Shown here one piece after another: positions 32,082-43,060 of a DNA stretch of 64,000 nt. Numbering within the stretch: the first letter of the stretch is position 1; each line of letters begins with the position of its first letter. The stretch comes from Bdellovibrionales bacterium (GTDB lineage Bacteria; Bdellovibrionota; Bdellovibrionia; Bdellovibrionales; UBA1609). The translations under genes were made by a program, and so were the position numbers. The stretch is from assembly GCA_965199825.1 (NCBI GenBank), contig OZ241329.1, positions 1,376,001 to 1,440,000 on the forward strand, given 5' to 3'. Below the pieces are notes generated by a model, which did no database searches, had not been told where the DNA came from, and saw only the letters and a list, made by a program, of their open reading frames with translations.

Positions 32082-33908
32082 ATGAAATATTTTTTTCTAT
32101 TTATTTTGAGTCTGAATGTTTATGCAAGCCCACCGGCATGTGAATCAGCACTTGCTCTCCAATTTCCTCACGCTTGGCGCATAGATCAAAATGCAGTTGA
32201 TCAATACCTAAGAGCAAATCCCCAAGATCAAGTGACATTACAAAATTATTCTCGACTTGCTCATTTTATTGAAGACCCAAGAAATACAGAAATGTTTGAA
32301 TGGCTAGGCAGTCAGTATTTTTTGAGTGTAATGGATCGAGCTCTTCCGTTTTCCGCCGAGCGAATTGAACAGGTATTGGAAAAAACACAGAATTTGTATC
32401 GGTCTATAGGAAAAGAAATTGATAAAGAACAGCTAAGCTTGTCGATAAAAAATATAAGGGAGCTACAGACCGAAGAATTTGAACAGGCCGGGCTTTTTGG
32501 ATTAAAATATTTTACCGAGGGTGAGGGAAGACATCTACTTTCAGATTTAAGTCTTAATGCGAATCATTTTTCGCAGCAAGAGCACATCCCAAAAAATTCG
32601 CTGAGAGCCTTTCTCACTATTTTCCAGTTAATTTATTCCCGCCAACCCGAAATCCATAATTCAATGGAACAGCTTGATGGAAGCTACGAGCTCTTTTTTT
32701 CGCTACTCGATCCAGCTGAATTTGAATCTTCTCACTCTAATCCGAAAGTCACTCCTTATTTCGATCCTACAATCCTGACAAAAATCAAATCTATACTTAA
32801 ATCTTTAGGACAACCTGTCCCAACTTTGGGTCAAATGATTTCCCATAGTGAGGCCGCCCGTACGTACGTGATGAAAGGACTTACACAAAAATCAAAACAA
32901 GAAATAACTCCACTAGAGTTTGAAATGATACTTGAACTAACGAATCAAATATTATTAAAAAAAAATCCTGAAATACCACCGCGTTTTTTGAATCTCATTG
33001 GGATCTTAAAAAACCAAGTTGACGATGAGGATACGATTTTCAATCTTTTGACCAATCCAAAATACAATCAAAAACAACAAAAAGAATTTAGAGAGAACTT
33101 CACTCTCCTCACTTTTCAAAATATACTGGCGATCCGCGCGGCTAGACTGGTGCTGTCTGACGGGGACAGGCACTCTTCACAATTTTTTGCGGTTATGTTG
33201 TCTACTTTAAGTCAGTCAGACATCACGATTGATCAAGGGTTTGAGCCCGTACTTCAAAAAATCCTAACTGAAGTTTTTTTAAAGAAGCGTGTGCTTTCAT
33301 CGCAAGAATATTACAACCTTTTAAAGAGTCGGCTAAAACAAAAAATTGCCTCCACTCTCAAGCAATTTCCTCAACGTCCAGAAAAACTGATTTTATTCTC
33401 AAAGCCGTCGATTCAACCTCCATTGCTTTCGACAAGACAAGAACGAATCGATGGATATGTAAAAACTGAATTGCGAGTCGACCTAAAGCCTATCGAACGT
33501 GAGGTTGTCCAACAAACTCCTTCGTTGATAGAGCAAGATCTTTTCTCAAAGTTGCTGGATACGCCCAGCGATCTCACAGATGCGCGCAAGAGACTGCTCG
33601 ACTTGGTTAAATCAGATGAGAGTGTCACAATCACGACCAAACGATTTGGATTTAAATATCGAGTCGATTTTTCTGCCGATGCTTTACACGAGCTCACCAA
33701 CCCAAAACAGGGATGGCCCCAGGATTTTCGCCCGTGGCTTGAAGCGATGCGGAAGGGACCTGCTCGAGCTCAGGCCCAAAATGGTTGGATCAGAATGAGC
33801 AGCTACGAATGGAAAATAAAGCTGATCACTTCGCCTTACCGACTGTATGGCTATCGCGATGGGGAAGGTCTATTTCATTTTACCCATTTTGAACTTGAGC
33901 ATAGGTAA
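32082..33908 (+). CDS. exported protein with possible RelE/ParE-like C-terminal domain
   Basis: signal peptide plus CESAL; C-terminal YRVDFSADALHEL...WKIKL...YRLYG. Confidence 0.6.
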   Translation: MKYFFLFILSLNVYASPPACESALALQFPHAWRIDQNAVDQYLRANPQDQVTLQNYSRLAHFIEDPRNTEMFEWLGSQYFLSVMDRALPFSAERIEQVLEKTQNLYRSIGKEIDKEQLSLSIKNIRELQTEEFEQAGLFGLKYFTEGEGRHLLSDLSLNANHFSQQEHIPKNSLRAFLTIFQLIYSRQPEIHNSMEQLDGSYELFFSLLDPAEFESSHSNPKVTPYFDPTILTKIKSILKSLGQPVPTLGQMISHSEAARTYVMKGLTQKSKQEITPLEFEMILELTNQILLKKNPEIPPRFLNLIGILKNQVDDEDTIFNLLTNPKYNQKQQKEFRENFTLLTFQNILAIRAARLVLSDGDRHSSQFFAVMLSTLSQSDITIDQGFEPVLQKILTEVFLKKRVLSSQEYYNLLKSRLKQKIASTLKQFPQRPEKLILFSKPSIQPPLLSTRQERIDGYVKTELRVDLKPIEREVVQQTPSLIEQDLFSKLLDTPSDLTDARKRLLDLVKSDESVTITTKRFGFKYRVDFSADALHELTNPKQGWPQDFRPWLEAMRKGPARAQAQNGWIRMSSYEWKIKLITSPYRLYGYRDGEGLFHFTHFELEHR

Positions 33909-34027
33909 GCTTGTGCAGTTGAGTTGATTCGTGTGATCTTGCTTAATCTGTTACAGAACAAGGTTCAAATCTATCTGAAATAGACAAGCATAAACTGAAT
34001 CAGTTGAGTTCGCGAGGAGCGCAAAAA

Positions 34028-35029
34028 ATGAAAACACTTTCGAACACCGAAATCTCGGTTCTAGATTTAGCCAGAGTCTCGCCAAATCAGACTCTTGCTC
34101 AAACTTTTAAACATTTGCGAACAACCGCTCAACACATTGAGCAGTTGGGCTACAAGCGCTATTGGCTAGCCGAGCATCATAGTCTTGAAGGCATTGCGAG
34201 TGCGGCGACCTCGATTTTAATCGGCCATATTGCTGAGCACACAAACACAATTCGAGTGGGTTCAGGCGGCATTATGCTTCCGAATCATGCGCCATTAATT
34301 ATTGCCGAGCAGTTTGGAACTTTAGCCACATTGTTTCCCAATAGAATTGATTTAGGATTGGGACGCGCTCCGGGATCAGATCAACAAACGATGCGTGCCC
34401 TTCGCAGGGATCATCCTCAATCAGAAAATGATTTTGGCGATCTGATCGAAGAGTTGCTTTATTTTTTTTCACCCGCAGCGCCTGGCCAAAAAGTAAAAGC
34501 CATTCCGGGTGAAGGGATCAATGTTCCCATTATTATTTTGGGTTCGAGTCTTTACAGTGCCCACTTGGCGGCTCGCATGGGAAGGCCCTATGCTTTTGCA
34601 GGACATTTTGCTCCGGCTGCGATGATGGAAGCTTTCGAGATTTACCGCAGAGAGTTTCAGCCGTCAGAAGTTTTAAAAGAGCCTTACCTCATGGCTGGCA
34701 TTCCGGTGATTGCTGCAGAGACCGATGAGCACGCCCACTTTCTTGCAACCAGCATTCAACAAACTTACCTTGCGTTGATCCGAGGTGAACGAACATTTTC
34801 AAAACCACCAGTCGAAGATATCAATACGGTTTGGAATCCACGTGAAAAAGCGGCAGTCGAATCGATGTTGGCTTTGCTCGTTACAGGTTCGCCAATAATG
34901 GTGCGCGAGGGTCTTGATTATTTTATTAAAGCCACCGGTGTCGATGAGCTGGTTATCACTTCGGATACTTTTAATTCTGAAGATCGGTTGAAATCTTTTG
35001 AGCTTATTGCTCAGGCGAAGGCGTTGTAG
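34028..35029 (+). CDS. LLM-class flavin-dependent oxidoreductase
   Basis: [39 protein letters not shown]. Confidence 0.95.
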   Translation: MKTLSNTEISVLDLARVSPNQTLAQTFKHLRTTAQHIEQLGYKRYWLAEHHSLEGIASAATSILIGHIAEHTNTIRVGSGGIMLPNHAPLIIAEQFGTLATLFPNRIDLGLGRAPGSDQQTMRALRRDHPQSENDFGDLIEELLYFFSPAAPGQKVKAIPGEGINVPIIILGSSLYSAHLAARMGRPYAFAGHFAPAAMMEAFEIYRREFQPSEVLKEPYLMAGIPVIAAETDEHAHFLATSIQQTYLALIRGERTFSKPPVEDINTVWNPREKAAVESMLALLVTGSPIMVREGLDYFIKATGVDELVITSDTFNSEDRLKSFELIAQAKAL

Positions 35030-35181
35030 TTGACCTCACCTCATAATTTGCACGCCGCGAAATAAATTCGCAGATCCCGCCTCAGCCAAAGTCCAGCTCA
35101 AAAAAATTATGAGATCCACTTGACGGTTTTTATGGCGACCTCAATTTGCTTATATAAACAATTAACCAATGGAGGTCTTCA

Positions 35182-35709
35182 ATGAGAAGTTTAGTTTCAA
35201 GCAATTGGTCCTCACCACGCCGCACTTTACCTTCGAACATATTTGCAGATGTTTTTGGTGATTTTGATCGTATTGCCAATGCTTTGTACCAATCAACGTT
35301 AACCGCGCCACTCAATTTTCAGCCGAGCTGCGATGTGCATGAGGCCGACGATCACTACATGATCAGCTTTGATGTGCCAGGGATTAAAAAAGAAGATATC
35401 AAAATTGATGTTCAGGGCAATCAATTGACGGTGACAGGTGAGCGTCAGCAAGTCGCCAAAAACAATGGCGAGTATTCGATCCATCACGAACGCGTCTATG
35501 GAAAATTTGAAAGAACATTTATACTGCCCAATTCGGTAAATCCTGAAAAGATTGAAGCCCATTATGAAGATGGTGTTTTAAATGTGGCGCTTCCCAAATC
35601 TGAAAGTTCAAAACCGCGCACCATCGAAGTGCAATCCGGCCACGACAGAAAATTTCTGGGTGGCAAAAAAGATTCTTCAAAAGATATGAAGGAGATTGGG
35701 GTTTCTTAA
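35182..35709 (+). CDS. small heat-shock protein (Hsp20)
   Basis: DVPGIKKEDI, ERVYGKFERTF.LP, AHYEDGVL. Confidence 0.95.
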   Translation: MRSLVSSNWSSPRRTLPSNIFADVFGDFDRIANALYQSTLTAPLNFQPSCDVHEADDHYMISFDVPGIKKEDIKIDVQGNQLTVTGERQQVAKNNGEYSIHHERVYGKFERTFILPNSVNPEKIEAHYEDGVLNVALPKSESSKPRTIEVQSGHDRKFLGGKKDSSKDMKEIGVS

Positions 35710-35723
35710 CGTAGCTTTGATTG

Positions 35724-35756
35724 TCGGGTGTTGCTTTGGGTGACACCCGATTTTAT
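35724..35756 (+). terminator. intrinsic terminator after Hsp20
   Basis: TCGGGTGTTGC...GTGACACCCGA stem followed by TTTTATT. Confidence 0.75.
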
Positions 35757-35978
35757 TGAGTTGTGCCACTCAAAAAGCTCACTTCCTCAATTTGCCAAAT
35801 AGTTTATTTTAAAGTCGGTGGATGCATCTTCTTAAACCGCGTGCGCAAGAACTCAAATAACTTCTTTGCTTAGCGTTGAGTTCGCGACCCACAGTGGACA
35901 CCGCAAAAATGGATGTGGGTTTATCGAGTCGTTTGTAATAGAGCAGTCGGTGCCTCCTCAGATTAGATCGAACTTTGA

Positions 35979-36256
35979 ATAAAGAGTTTGAATTTTGTTG
36001 ATCAAGCTTGGTGGAGTGCGGACGCGAATGGCTTTGTGAATCCTTATGATTATTGCCTCCGCTGTTTGCTGATTTTGCGAGTGAACGCTCTTTGGTTAGT
36101 GGAGACGGAACGCAGTTGAAGGATGGTGGTGCGGCAATGACGGCCTATGCGCGAATGAAATTTTCGGATATCCCAGATCAGGAGCTCGGTGCATTGGGTA
36201 AAGCGCTGCTTAAGTATTATGAATTGGATATGCTTGCTATGGTTATGATTTATTAG
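35979..36256 (+). pseudogene. C-terminal remnant of a DUF2779-type protein
   Basis: SLNFVDQAWW...NPYD, frameshift, then LPPLF...DGGAAMTAYAR...ALLKYYELDMLAMVMIY. Confidence 0.7.
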
Positions 36257-36387
36257 TGCTTTTGTGAGGCAGTTAAGCTGCGACATTTAATAAACAATTA
36301 ATTTTTTAAAAGTGATGTTTGTACAGCTAAAAAGTTAGAAATAGAATAGATAATCTTAAAAGTTTTAAAAGCTTATAAAGAGATCTT

Positions 36388-37386
36388 ATGAACATTAAAT
36401 ACGCTTATCTGATATTTGATTTATCACATCCTTTTCCAAGTATCGAGCATCCTTTTTATTTTGATGAAACAACATATATCCAGACTGCATCACTTTCGAA
36501 TGATTTTAAATCGGAACAATCAATACATTGGGTGGGTTGGTTGGGGACTATAGTTTGGGATAGTTTATCTCATCCTCAACATATTATTAAAACTTGGAAA
36601 ACAACCGTCACTCCAGGAATTTTTGATGAGGATAATTTAAATTTGAAATCGAAAGTAACGGAAATTTTTAATTCGATTAAATTGGTAGGCCCGCTAAAGG
36701 CGCCTTCAAGAGCCTGCATACTCACTGGTGACGGAATTTTAAAAGATGGACTTCTGGTTGCGAGTACAATCAAAGAGTTTACTGAGATGAAAACTTGGAT
36801 CAGTGCTTTTTTCTTTCAAAATTGGGATGACGACATTATAAATTGGACGAAGGGTCAGGTAGGCGGTACCCACGTCTTAGATGTGTGGAAAAGATGTTGG
36901 AATAAATTAGTTAATCTTTTGAAAAATCAGACAGATTATCAGCAACTTGTTGAGGCCCATCGTTCGTTTGAGGAAGCACTATCGAATTCACAATTGGAAT
37001 TTAAGATTCCTAATTTGGTGCGAGCATTAGAATGTATTGTCGATTGCTGGGGCAATCTACAATTTGCTGAAAGAGTGATGTATCTTTTGGGCCACCCTGA
37101 TACTTCATTGCCTTTTGAAATTTCGGAAAATACCGATGTTCTGCTTCAAGACCTTTATCAACTTCGAAACGATTGTTCGCACGGCAAAATCTTCGCCTAT
37201 TCAATGGAACAAAAACTTCATAGAATGCCTAGCGATAGGGAAATTGGAAGATATGAGTTTTTATCGGAGTGGGCAGTCAGAAAATTACTAAATGATTCTT
37301 TACAGAATCCAATTATGCTCCAGATTTCAAAAAATAGGGCCACTGTGGAATCTGCTTGGAAAAACCAATTAATTTTACCGTTGTGA
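36388..37386 (+). CDS. HEPN-domain protein (ApeA-like)
   Basis: LVRALE...LYQLRNDCSHG (Rx4H); AT-rich. Confidence 0.7.
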   Translation: MNIKYAYLIFDLSHPFPSIEHPFYFDETTYIQTASLSNDFKSEQSIHWVGWLGTIVWDSLSHPQHIIKTWKTTVTPGIFDEDNLNLKSKVTEIFNSIKLVGPLKAPSRACILTGDGILKDGLLVASTIKEFTEMKTWISAFFFQNWDDDIINWTKGQVGGTHVLDVWKRCWNKLVNLLKNQTDYQQLVEAHRSFEEALSNSQLEFKIPNLVRALECIVDCWGNLQFAERVMYLLGHPDTSLPFEISENTDVLLQDLYQLRNDCSHGKIFAYSMEQKLHRMPSDREIGRYEFLSEWAVRKLLNDSLQNPIMLQISKNRATVESAWKNQLILPL

Positions 37387-38037
37387 AAGTAGAACTTAGG
37401 CGTTGGTTCTTAAATTTTTTGACATATATATTCACGCAAAATATCTTCAGAATACAAAGTAAGGGTGTGGTGCATTAATTGTTTGATGAAGTTTAAATTT
37501 TTTATTATTCAGATTTACTATTTAAGAAGTCTATGCACAATTATACCTGGCACTAACTTAAAATTATAGTCTAAAAATGCTTCTTTCCGTATACGTGGCA
37601 ACGATGGTTTAAGATCGCATCACGCCTATGCTCTTACAAACCACAATGCTTCTTCAAGACACTGGTATAAACAAAATTATATATATGAGCGAAACCCTAA
37701 TACGATTTAAAAACAAAGTCCTATAGTCACTAGTGCAGTCCCATCTTTACTGTCTCATTTTTGTCCGCTACTGACTTAGCATGTAAAGCTCTTCTGGTTT
37801 GCAACCATCATATCAGAATTTTTTTACCGTCTGCACCGGACAATATTTTAGTCTTCTCCACGCACTTTGTTAGGCGTGGAAAAAGTCTTAAAATACAATA
37901 ATAGCCAAAATTTACCGTTCAATTTCGAGACATCTAAACTTATTTACCACTAATATAGTAAAAATAATTTTTTTTTGCCTGCGCTAAAGCGCTAATCTTG
38001 CCGAAGGGATAAGGAATCATTATCGGGAGAATTCGAA

Positions 38038-38952
38038 ATGGCAAAAGAAACCAAACAAGATCGCGTTGCACGACTCATTCTAGATCAGGTGACTGAACAT
38101 ATGCACGAGCTGAAAAGTCTCGAGAGCATGTCGAACGCAAAAGAAAGCGACGTAGAGAAGTGGGCCCAAAGTTTCTTGAAAAGCTGTTTGGGATACGTTT
38201 CGTCTGCTGGATATTCTATTCGCTCTCAGGAATCGAAAGGTAAAATGCGGCCGGATCTAATTGTTTTAAAGGACGACAAACCAATTTTCGTCGTTGAAAT
38301 CAAACGCTTTGGTTTCGATTTAAAAAAATCAGACTTAAGATCTGGCAAACTGCAACTCAACGAGTACCTACAACAAATTGGTAACGTCCGCTGGGGAGTT
38401 TTAACAAATGGAATTGAGTGGAAGCTTTTTGATTTCGCACAACCACAGTATAACGGTATAGAAGTAGCTGCTTTTGATCTCAAAGCAGATCATGATACGA
38501 TTGATCTTACAAAAAAAGTAATCGAAGAGCAATGCTATGATTTGCTTGATTTTCATGAAACGGCCTACGCCGCATCAGCATGGTCTGATCTCTCTAAGGA
38601 GGCCACTGCTTTTTCGCCTGAGTCATTGGCAAAAGCGATTCTCAGTGCTGACACCGTCAAGTATGTTGCTCGCATGATTAAAGGCGAGCATGAATTCAAA
38701 GCGAATCATGATGTGCTTACTGACCGGATTTATTGGCTGCTCGAGCATGGGCTCAAGGAAGTTGTTTCTGGTTGGAATGAATCTCGCGCAACCGAATTAC
38801 ATAAATTTATCAAGGCGCAAAAGCGAGCAGCGCGTAAAGTCAAATCGGTTCGGAAATCTCATCAGAGCGAGCATGTCGAGCTTGGAACTACTCGGTCGTT
38901 AGATGATGAATCAACGGTCTTAATAGTTAGCGATGAAAAAAAATCAGCGTAA
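38038..38952 (+). CDS. HsdR N-terminal-like PD-(D/E)xK nuclease
   Basis: RPDLIV...VVEIKR, QLNEY, WGVLTNGIEWKLF. Confidence 0.82.
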   Translation: MAKETKQDRVARLILDQVTEHMHELKSLESMSNAKESDVEKWAQSFLKSCLGYVSSAGYSIRSQESKGKMRPDLIVLKDDKPIFVVEIKRFGFDLKKSDLRSGKLQLNEYLQQIGNVRWGVLTNGIEWKLFDFAQPQYNGIEVAAFDLKADHDTIDLTKKVIEEQCYDLLDFHETAYAASAWSDLSKEATAFSPESLAKAILSADTVKYVARMIKGEHEFKANHDVLTDRIYWLLEHGLKEVVSGWNESRATELHKFIKAQKRAARKVKSVRKSHQSEHVELGTTRSLDDESTVLIVSDEKKSA

Positions 38953-39106
38953 ACGAAATAATTTGATCGCAATAATTTTGCAGTATGCGCCAAGCGCTCG
39001 AGAATTCTAGAGAACTAATAGTTTTCTGGAAGAATTAATTGATCTGCAAACGCAAGCATGCCCAGCAGTTCAATGAAATACATTACGAGACCGGATATGA
39101 ATTGGC

Positions 39107-39256
39107 ATTCACAACGACGAGATTATGCAGACCGAAAATGTTTTGAGTGGCAGCAATTTAAAAACACAGCTGGATGCGGTTGCGACCAATTTGATCGGAC
39201 CGATGGTTTTGACTCAAGCCCTCCTGCCACATCTCTTAAAACAAAAAACAGCGACC
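39107..39256 (+). pseudogene. SDR oxidoreductase remnant (DltE-like); approximate bounds
   Basis: ATNLIGPMVLTQALLPHLLKQKTAT, lacking both ends. Confidence 0.6.
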
Positions 39257-39399
39257 AACCTGACACTAATGATAACCGTAAATATAAAAATTTTATCAGA
39301 TTCATTATAAATAAATAATTTTTATTAAGTAAAGTTAAAATAATTAAAAGATATGGGTCATAACATTTAGAAGCCTAATAGGTAAATTCATTAAAAATC

Positions 39400-39816
39400 T
39401 TAGGGAAGCAGGGCTTTAGTGAGAGTGAGATTGATTAGAAGTCCAACGACAAAACTTGCTCCGATCAACATTTCAATGATATTTAGATTTTTCTTAGAGT
39501 CTAATTTGATTACTCCAAGAAACATTAATGATGCTCGACACAAGATGAAGGCAATAAAATAGAACAACCAAATCAATCCGATTACAGCCAAATCCTCATG
39601 ACGGAACAAAATTTTAATAAGAGAACCGTTGTACAACGAATAGATTGAGCCGAAAAATAGAAGTCTACCGAAAAAACTTTGAGGATATATCAAAAATTTA
39701 AGTTGATAAAAATTTAACTTTTTCATTCTTAAGAGGTAGCATCTACCGTGCCATGACAATAGAATTCTGAATGTTTTGGGTGCACGCGGTGTACAAGTTT
39801 TTAAGAGTTGAAACAC
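39400..39816 (-). CDS. small membrane protein
   Basis: three hydrophobic segments; start probably MKKLNF. Confidence 0.5.
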   Translation of the reverse strand: MFQLLKTCTPRAPKTFRILLSWHGRCYLLRMKKLNFYQLKFLIYPQSFFGRLLFFGSIYSLYNGSLIKILFRHEDLAVIGLIWLFYFIAFILCRASLMFLGVIKLDSKKNLNIIEMLIGASFVVGLLINLTLTKALLP

Positions 39817-40536
39817 TTTTATACAAAAATTTAAATTCGTTACGATGTCTACATCTATGAGGTCAAAATATATGAATAATGATAGTCAAAATCTCATTTT
39901 GATGCAGATTTGCCTTTTGATATTATGTTTTTTATTCGTATTCCTTAGAAATTTGACGACTAAACTTAAAACTTGTTTATTAAAATTATATAATTCAGAG
40001 CACTGATCCTTAAAATTAAATACAGCCTACACATTTTGTTGTTTCGACCATTTCATTGAAAAATGACTTCAACTCTACTCAATTGCGTTAACTCAAGGCC
40101 GTATCATTCTGAATTCTATATTTTTACCCGTTAAAAACTATCCCCTAGATTAGTTATTTCATAATCTCAAAGTACATTATGAGAGCGGTGAAAAATGGCG
40201 CGATACAAAAAGTTGAATAAGTTAATAGCAAAAATGTTCCTGCTTTTGATACCCGTGTTTAAGGTTTTGAATGTTGAGAATTCTCAAATTAAATTTTTGC
40301 TCTTAATTCTGAATAAAAATATATTTGTTTATATATAAATAAGATAAATCTTTGGAAGGTATGATCTACTTTTCGAAATTTGGTAACGAAATTTCTCTTA
40401 GTTATCATTATAGTTTAATGTTAGTTGAGTTTTTTTTGCATATCTACATTCATTATTGAGATAGTCTCGATAACACATAGCTTTTTACAAGTTAATCAAA
40501 TGGATCTTAAAAACAAATATAAACAAAAAGGATCTC

Positions 40537-41331
40537 ATGCCCGACTCCCTAAACAGATTCAAAGACAAAGTAGTTATAGTCACCGGCGCAGGCTCGGGTA
40601 TCGGAGCAGCCACAGCTCGCCGCTTTCTCAGTGAAGGCGCCTCGGTCGCCCTCAACGGACGAAGAAAAGAAAAACTAACAGAGACCACCACCGACTTTGA
40701 TCCCAACAAATTATTAATTCAACCAGGAGACATCTCGCAAGAAGATGATGTGCGTAGTCTCATCGACGCAACCGTAAAAAAATTCGGTAAGCTCGATGTC
40801 CTAGTAAACAACGCAGGTTTTGCCAACTTCGGCCCGTTCGACACGGTGACCACCGATGATTGGCGAAAGACAATGGCCACCGATTTAGACGGTGTGTTTT
40901 TTGGCTGTCGCGAAGCGCTTCCACATTTGCTTAAAACAAAAGGCTCGATCATCAATCTGTCTTCGACGTCGGGACTCGGCGGCGACTGGGGGATGAGCTC
41001 CTACAATGCCGCAAAAGGTGCGGTCACAAATTTCACACGTGCACTGGCCCTCGAATATGGCTCACGCGGTGTCCGCATCAATGCCGTAGCCCCAAGCTTC
41101 ACTTCAACCGAAGCAACCAGTGAGCTCGAAAAAAATGAAGATGTGCTCGCAGCCTTTCGTGATCGCATGCCGGTTGGCCGTGTTGCGACGCCCGATGACG
41201 TTGCGAGTGTGATTGCATTTCTTGCTAGTGAAGATGCGGTGTTCGTCAACGGCGTGATCTTGCCTGTAGACGGAGGACTCAGCGCCTCAAACGGGCAACC
41301 CAATTTTTTAAAAATATTTAATCAAGATTGA
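40537..41331 (+). CDS. SDR family oxidoreductase
   Basis: TGAGSGIG, NNAG, YNAAK, VDGG. Confidence 0.95.
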   Translation: MPDSLNRFKDKVVIVTGAGSGIGAATARRFLSEGASVALNGRRKEKLTETTTDFDPNKLLIQPGDISQEDDVRSLIDATVKKFGKLDVLVNNAGFANFGPFDTVTTDDWRKTMATDLDGVFFGCREALPHLLKTKGSIINLSSTSGLGGDWGMSSYNAAKGAVTNFTRALALEYGSRGVRINAVAPSFTSTEATSELEKNEDVLAAFRDRMPVGRVATPDDVASVIAFLASEDAVFVNGVILPVDGGLSASNGQPNFLKIFNQD

Positions 41332-41440
41332 GCTTCTGGCTTCAGCGCGGATTATTTAGAGAAATGAGTGAGCGGTGATAAACTTATTGTCCAATAAGTT
41401 AGTTGTTTCTTTTGCCAATTCAGAATGCGAGCTCAGGCCC

Positions 41441-41643
41441 ATGAAGTATTTAAATAAAATCTCTATAGCCTCCATTGCCATGATAGCTTCACTCGCTTTT
41501 GGAAACACTCTTCCTCAAGAGTCAAAACCCAAAAATAAATGTGAAACGATCGTGAGCAGCAATCCAAAAAATTACTGATCAACGAGGTCCTTCATACCTA
41601 TGGCGCTGGAGAAGTCAGATATCTCAACGGGCGGGCAGTCTGA
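41441..41643 (+). pseudogene. truncated, frameshifted paralog of 7607-8428
   Basis: signal peptide; after a shift in the A-run reads NEVLHTYGAGEVRYLNG versus HETLMTYGSGEVRYLDG. Confidence 0.75.
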
Positions 41644-41820
41644 ACGCACGCGTCTCGACATCACTCCCGCTCGCAAAAATTCAGGAGGCACTCGACCTTT
41701 CAGAGAATGGAAGGACGCATGGGTTCCTACGGATTAGCAAAAAGACGAGACTCCAAATTTAAAAAAACTGTAGGAGCGGTCGCTTATGAAGTAAAATTAC
41801 TCAAGCGGAGGAATTTTCTT

Positions 41821-42904
41821 TTGAACAGTCATCCTATTTTGATCATCGCTTTATTTATTTTTTTTAGCCCCGTAGTCTTGGCAGAGCCACGCTGCTCGAC
41901 ATACTCACTGTCAAATATACTGTCCAACTCGAAAGTTGAGTTTGATAAGTTATTTGGATGCTTAGAGTGTAAGGCAGTCAAACCGATTTGCGAACTTTCA
42001 AAAAAACATTTGCCTAAATTGATACTCATTGGTGAGGACGATCATAATGCGGATACAACAATTGAAATTCGTAAGGGTTTGATGAAAGCTGCACTTGACG
42101 GCAAATACCCTCTCGCCTCAGAGATTGGCTCTGATATCAGTTTACTTCCGTGGATGGCTTCAGACGCTGCAACAACGCTTGGTCGCCAATCAACAGGCAA
42201 ACTATATGGCATCGAAGATTCCATGGCGTATTCAGTCCAAGCGTCATATTTAGTGCAAGACAGTCAGCTCTACCATTACGTGTCTCCCGCCGGTGCTCTT
42301 GAATGGGCAGCCGTTCGAGTACTCGCGTTAACCCATCGACAGGTATGCGTTTGAGAGAATGGTTAAAAGCGATTCCAAAGACCTTGAATCAAAAGTCATG
42401 AGTCGAATGAAAGAGGCCGTCGCAAGTTTTGACCAGAACCATGATGAGGCCCATTACCAAGAAATCATACAAACAGCATTGGCAGGCGACTACACTGCGG
42501 ATGAAATTTCTCAATTTTTAACAGCTCTTCATAAGCAAATATTGACCGTGGTAAACCAAAAGTATCCACGATATTTCGACGGCAAGCTGCTCAAATCTCT
42601 GTTAACAAAAGAAGATGGCAAGCGCCTCGGACTTGTTAACCAAAAAACTCCAGATCATACCACGATGAGAAATATCTATAACTTAAGAGATCAAACCTTC
42701 GCCAAAAACTTAGGCGACCTCTTATGCTACTACAGTGACAAGTCCGAATTCGTCGTGAGCAATATGGGAGTTTTTCATTTAGATGGAGTCGAAAAAATTT
42801 TAAGCAACTTGTCCAATAAACAATTAAAAATTGAACGCCTTATAAATTCAAAAGATGGCGACAGATTAAGAATTGAGGAGTTGCTCGGCGCTCATGAGCA
42901 GTAA
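41821..42904 (+). pseudogene. frameshifted exported TraB/ChaN-like protein
   Basis: LILIGEDDH...SE in the first part; LRDQTFAKNL...MGVFHLDGV in the second; frame change near 42330. Confidence 0.55.
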
Positions 42905-43060
42905 CCATTTGCTTCTGTAAAACTCCGTCACAAAGAATCTTTTTATAAGCCATTCCAAACCGCACATACGCTTGCAAGTTTTGCTAACTTTGGCGCTGAC
43001 TTTGTCAGCTCCGTATCAGGCATGATAATTGAACTTTGTCGGTATCTAAGGGAGCCACCT

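Noticed and set aside
36008..36021. TTGGTGGAGTGCGG as a left att copy of the tmRNA end
   Set aside because: Short match that falls on the Trp-Trp codons of the DUF2779-like remnant; explained by coding sequence.
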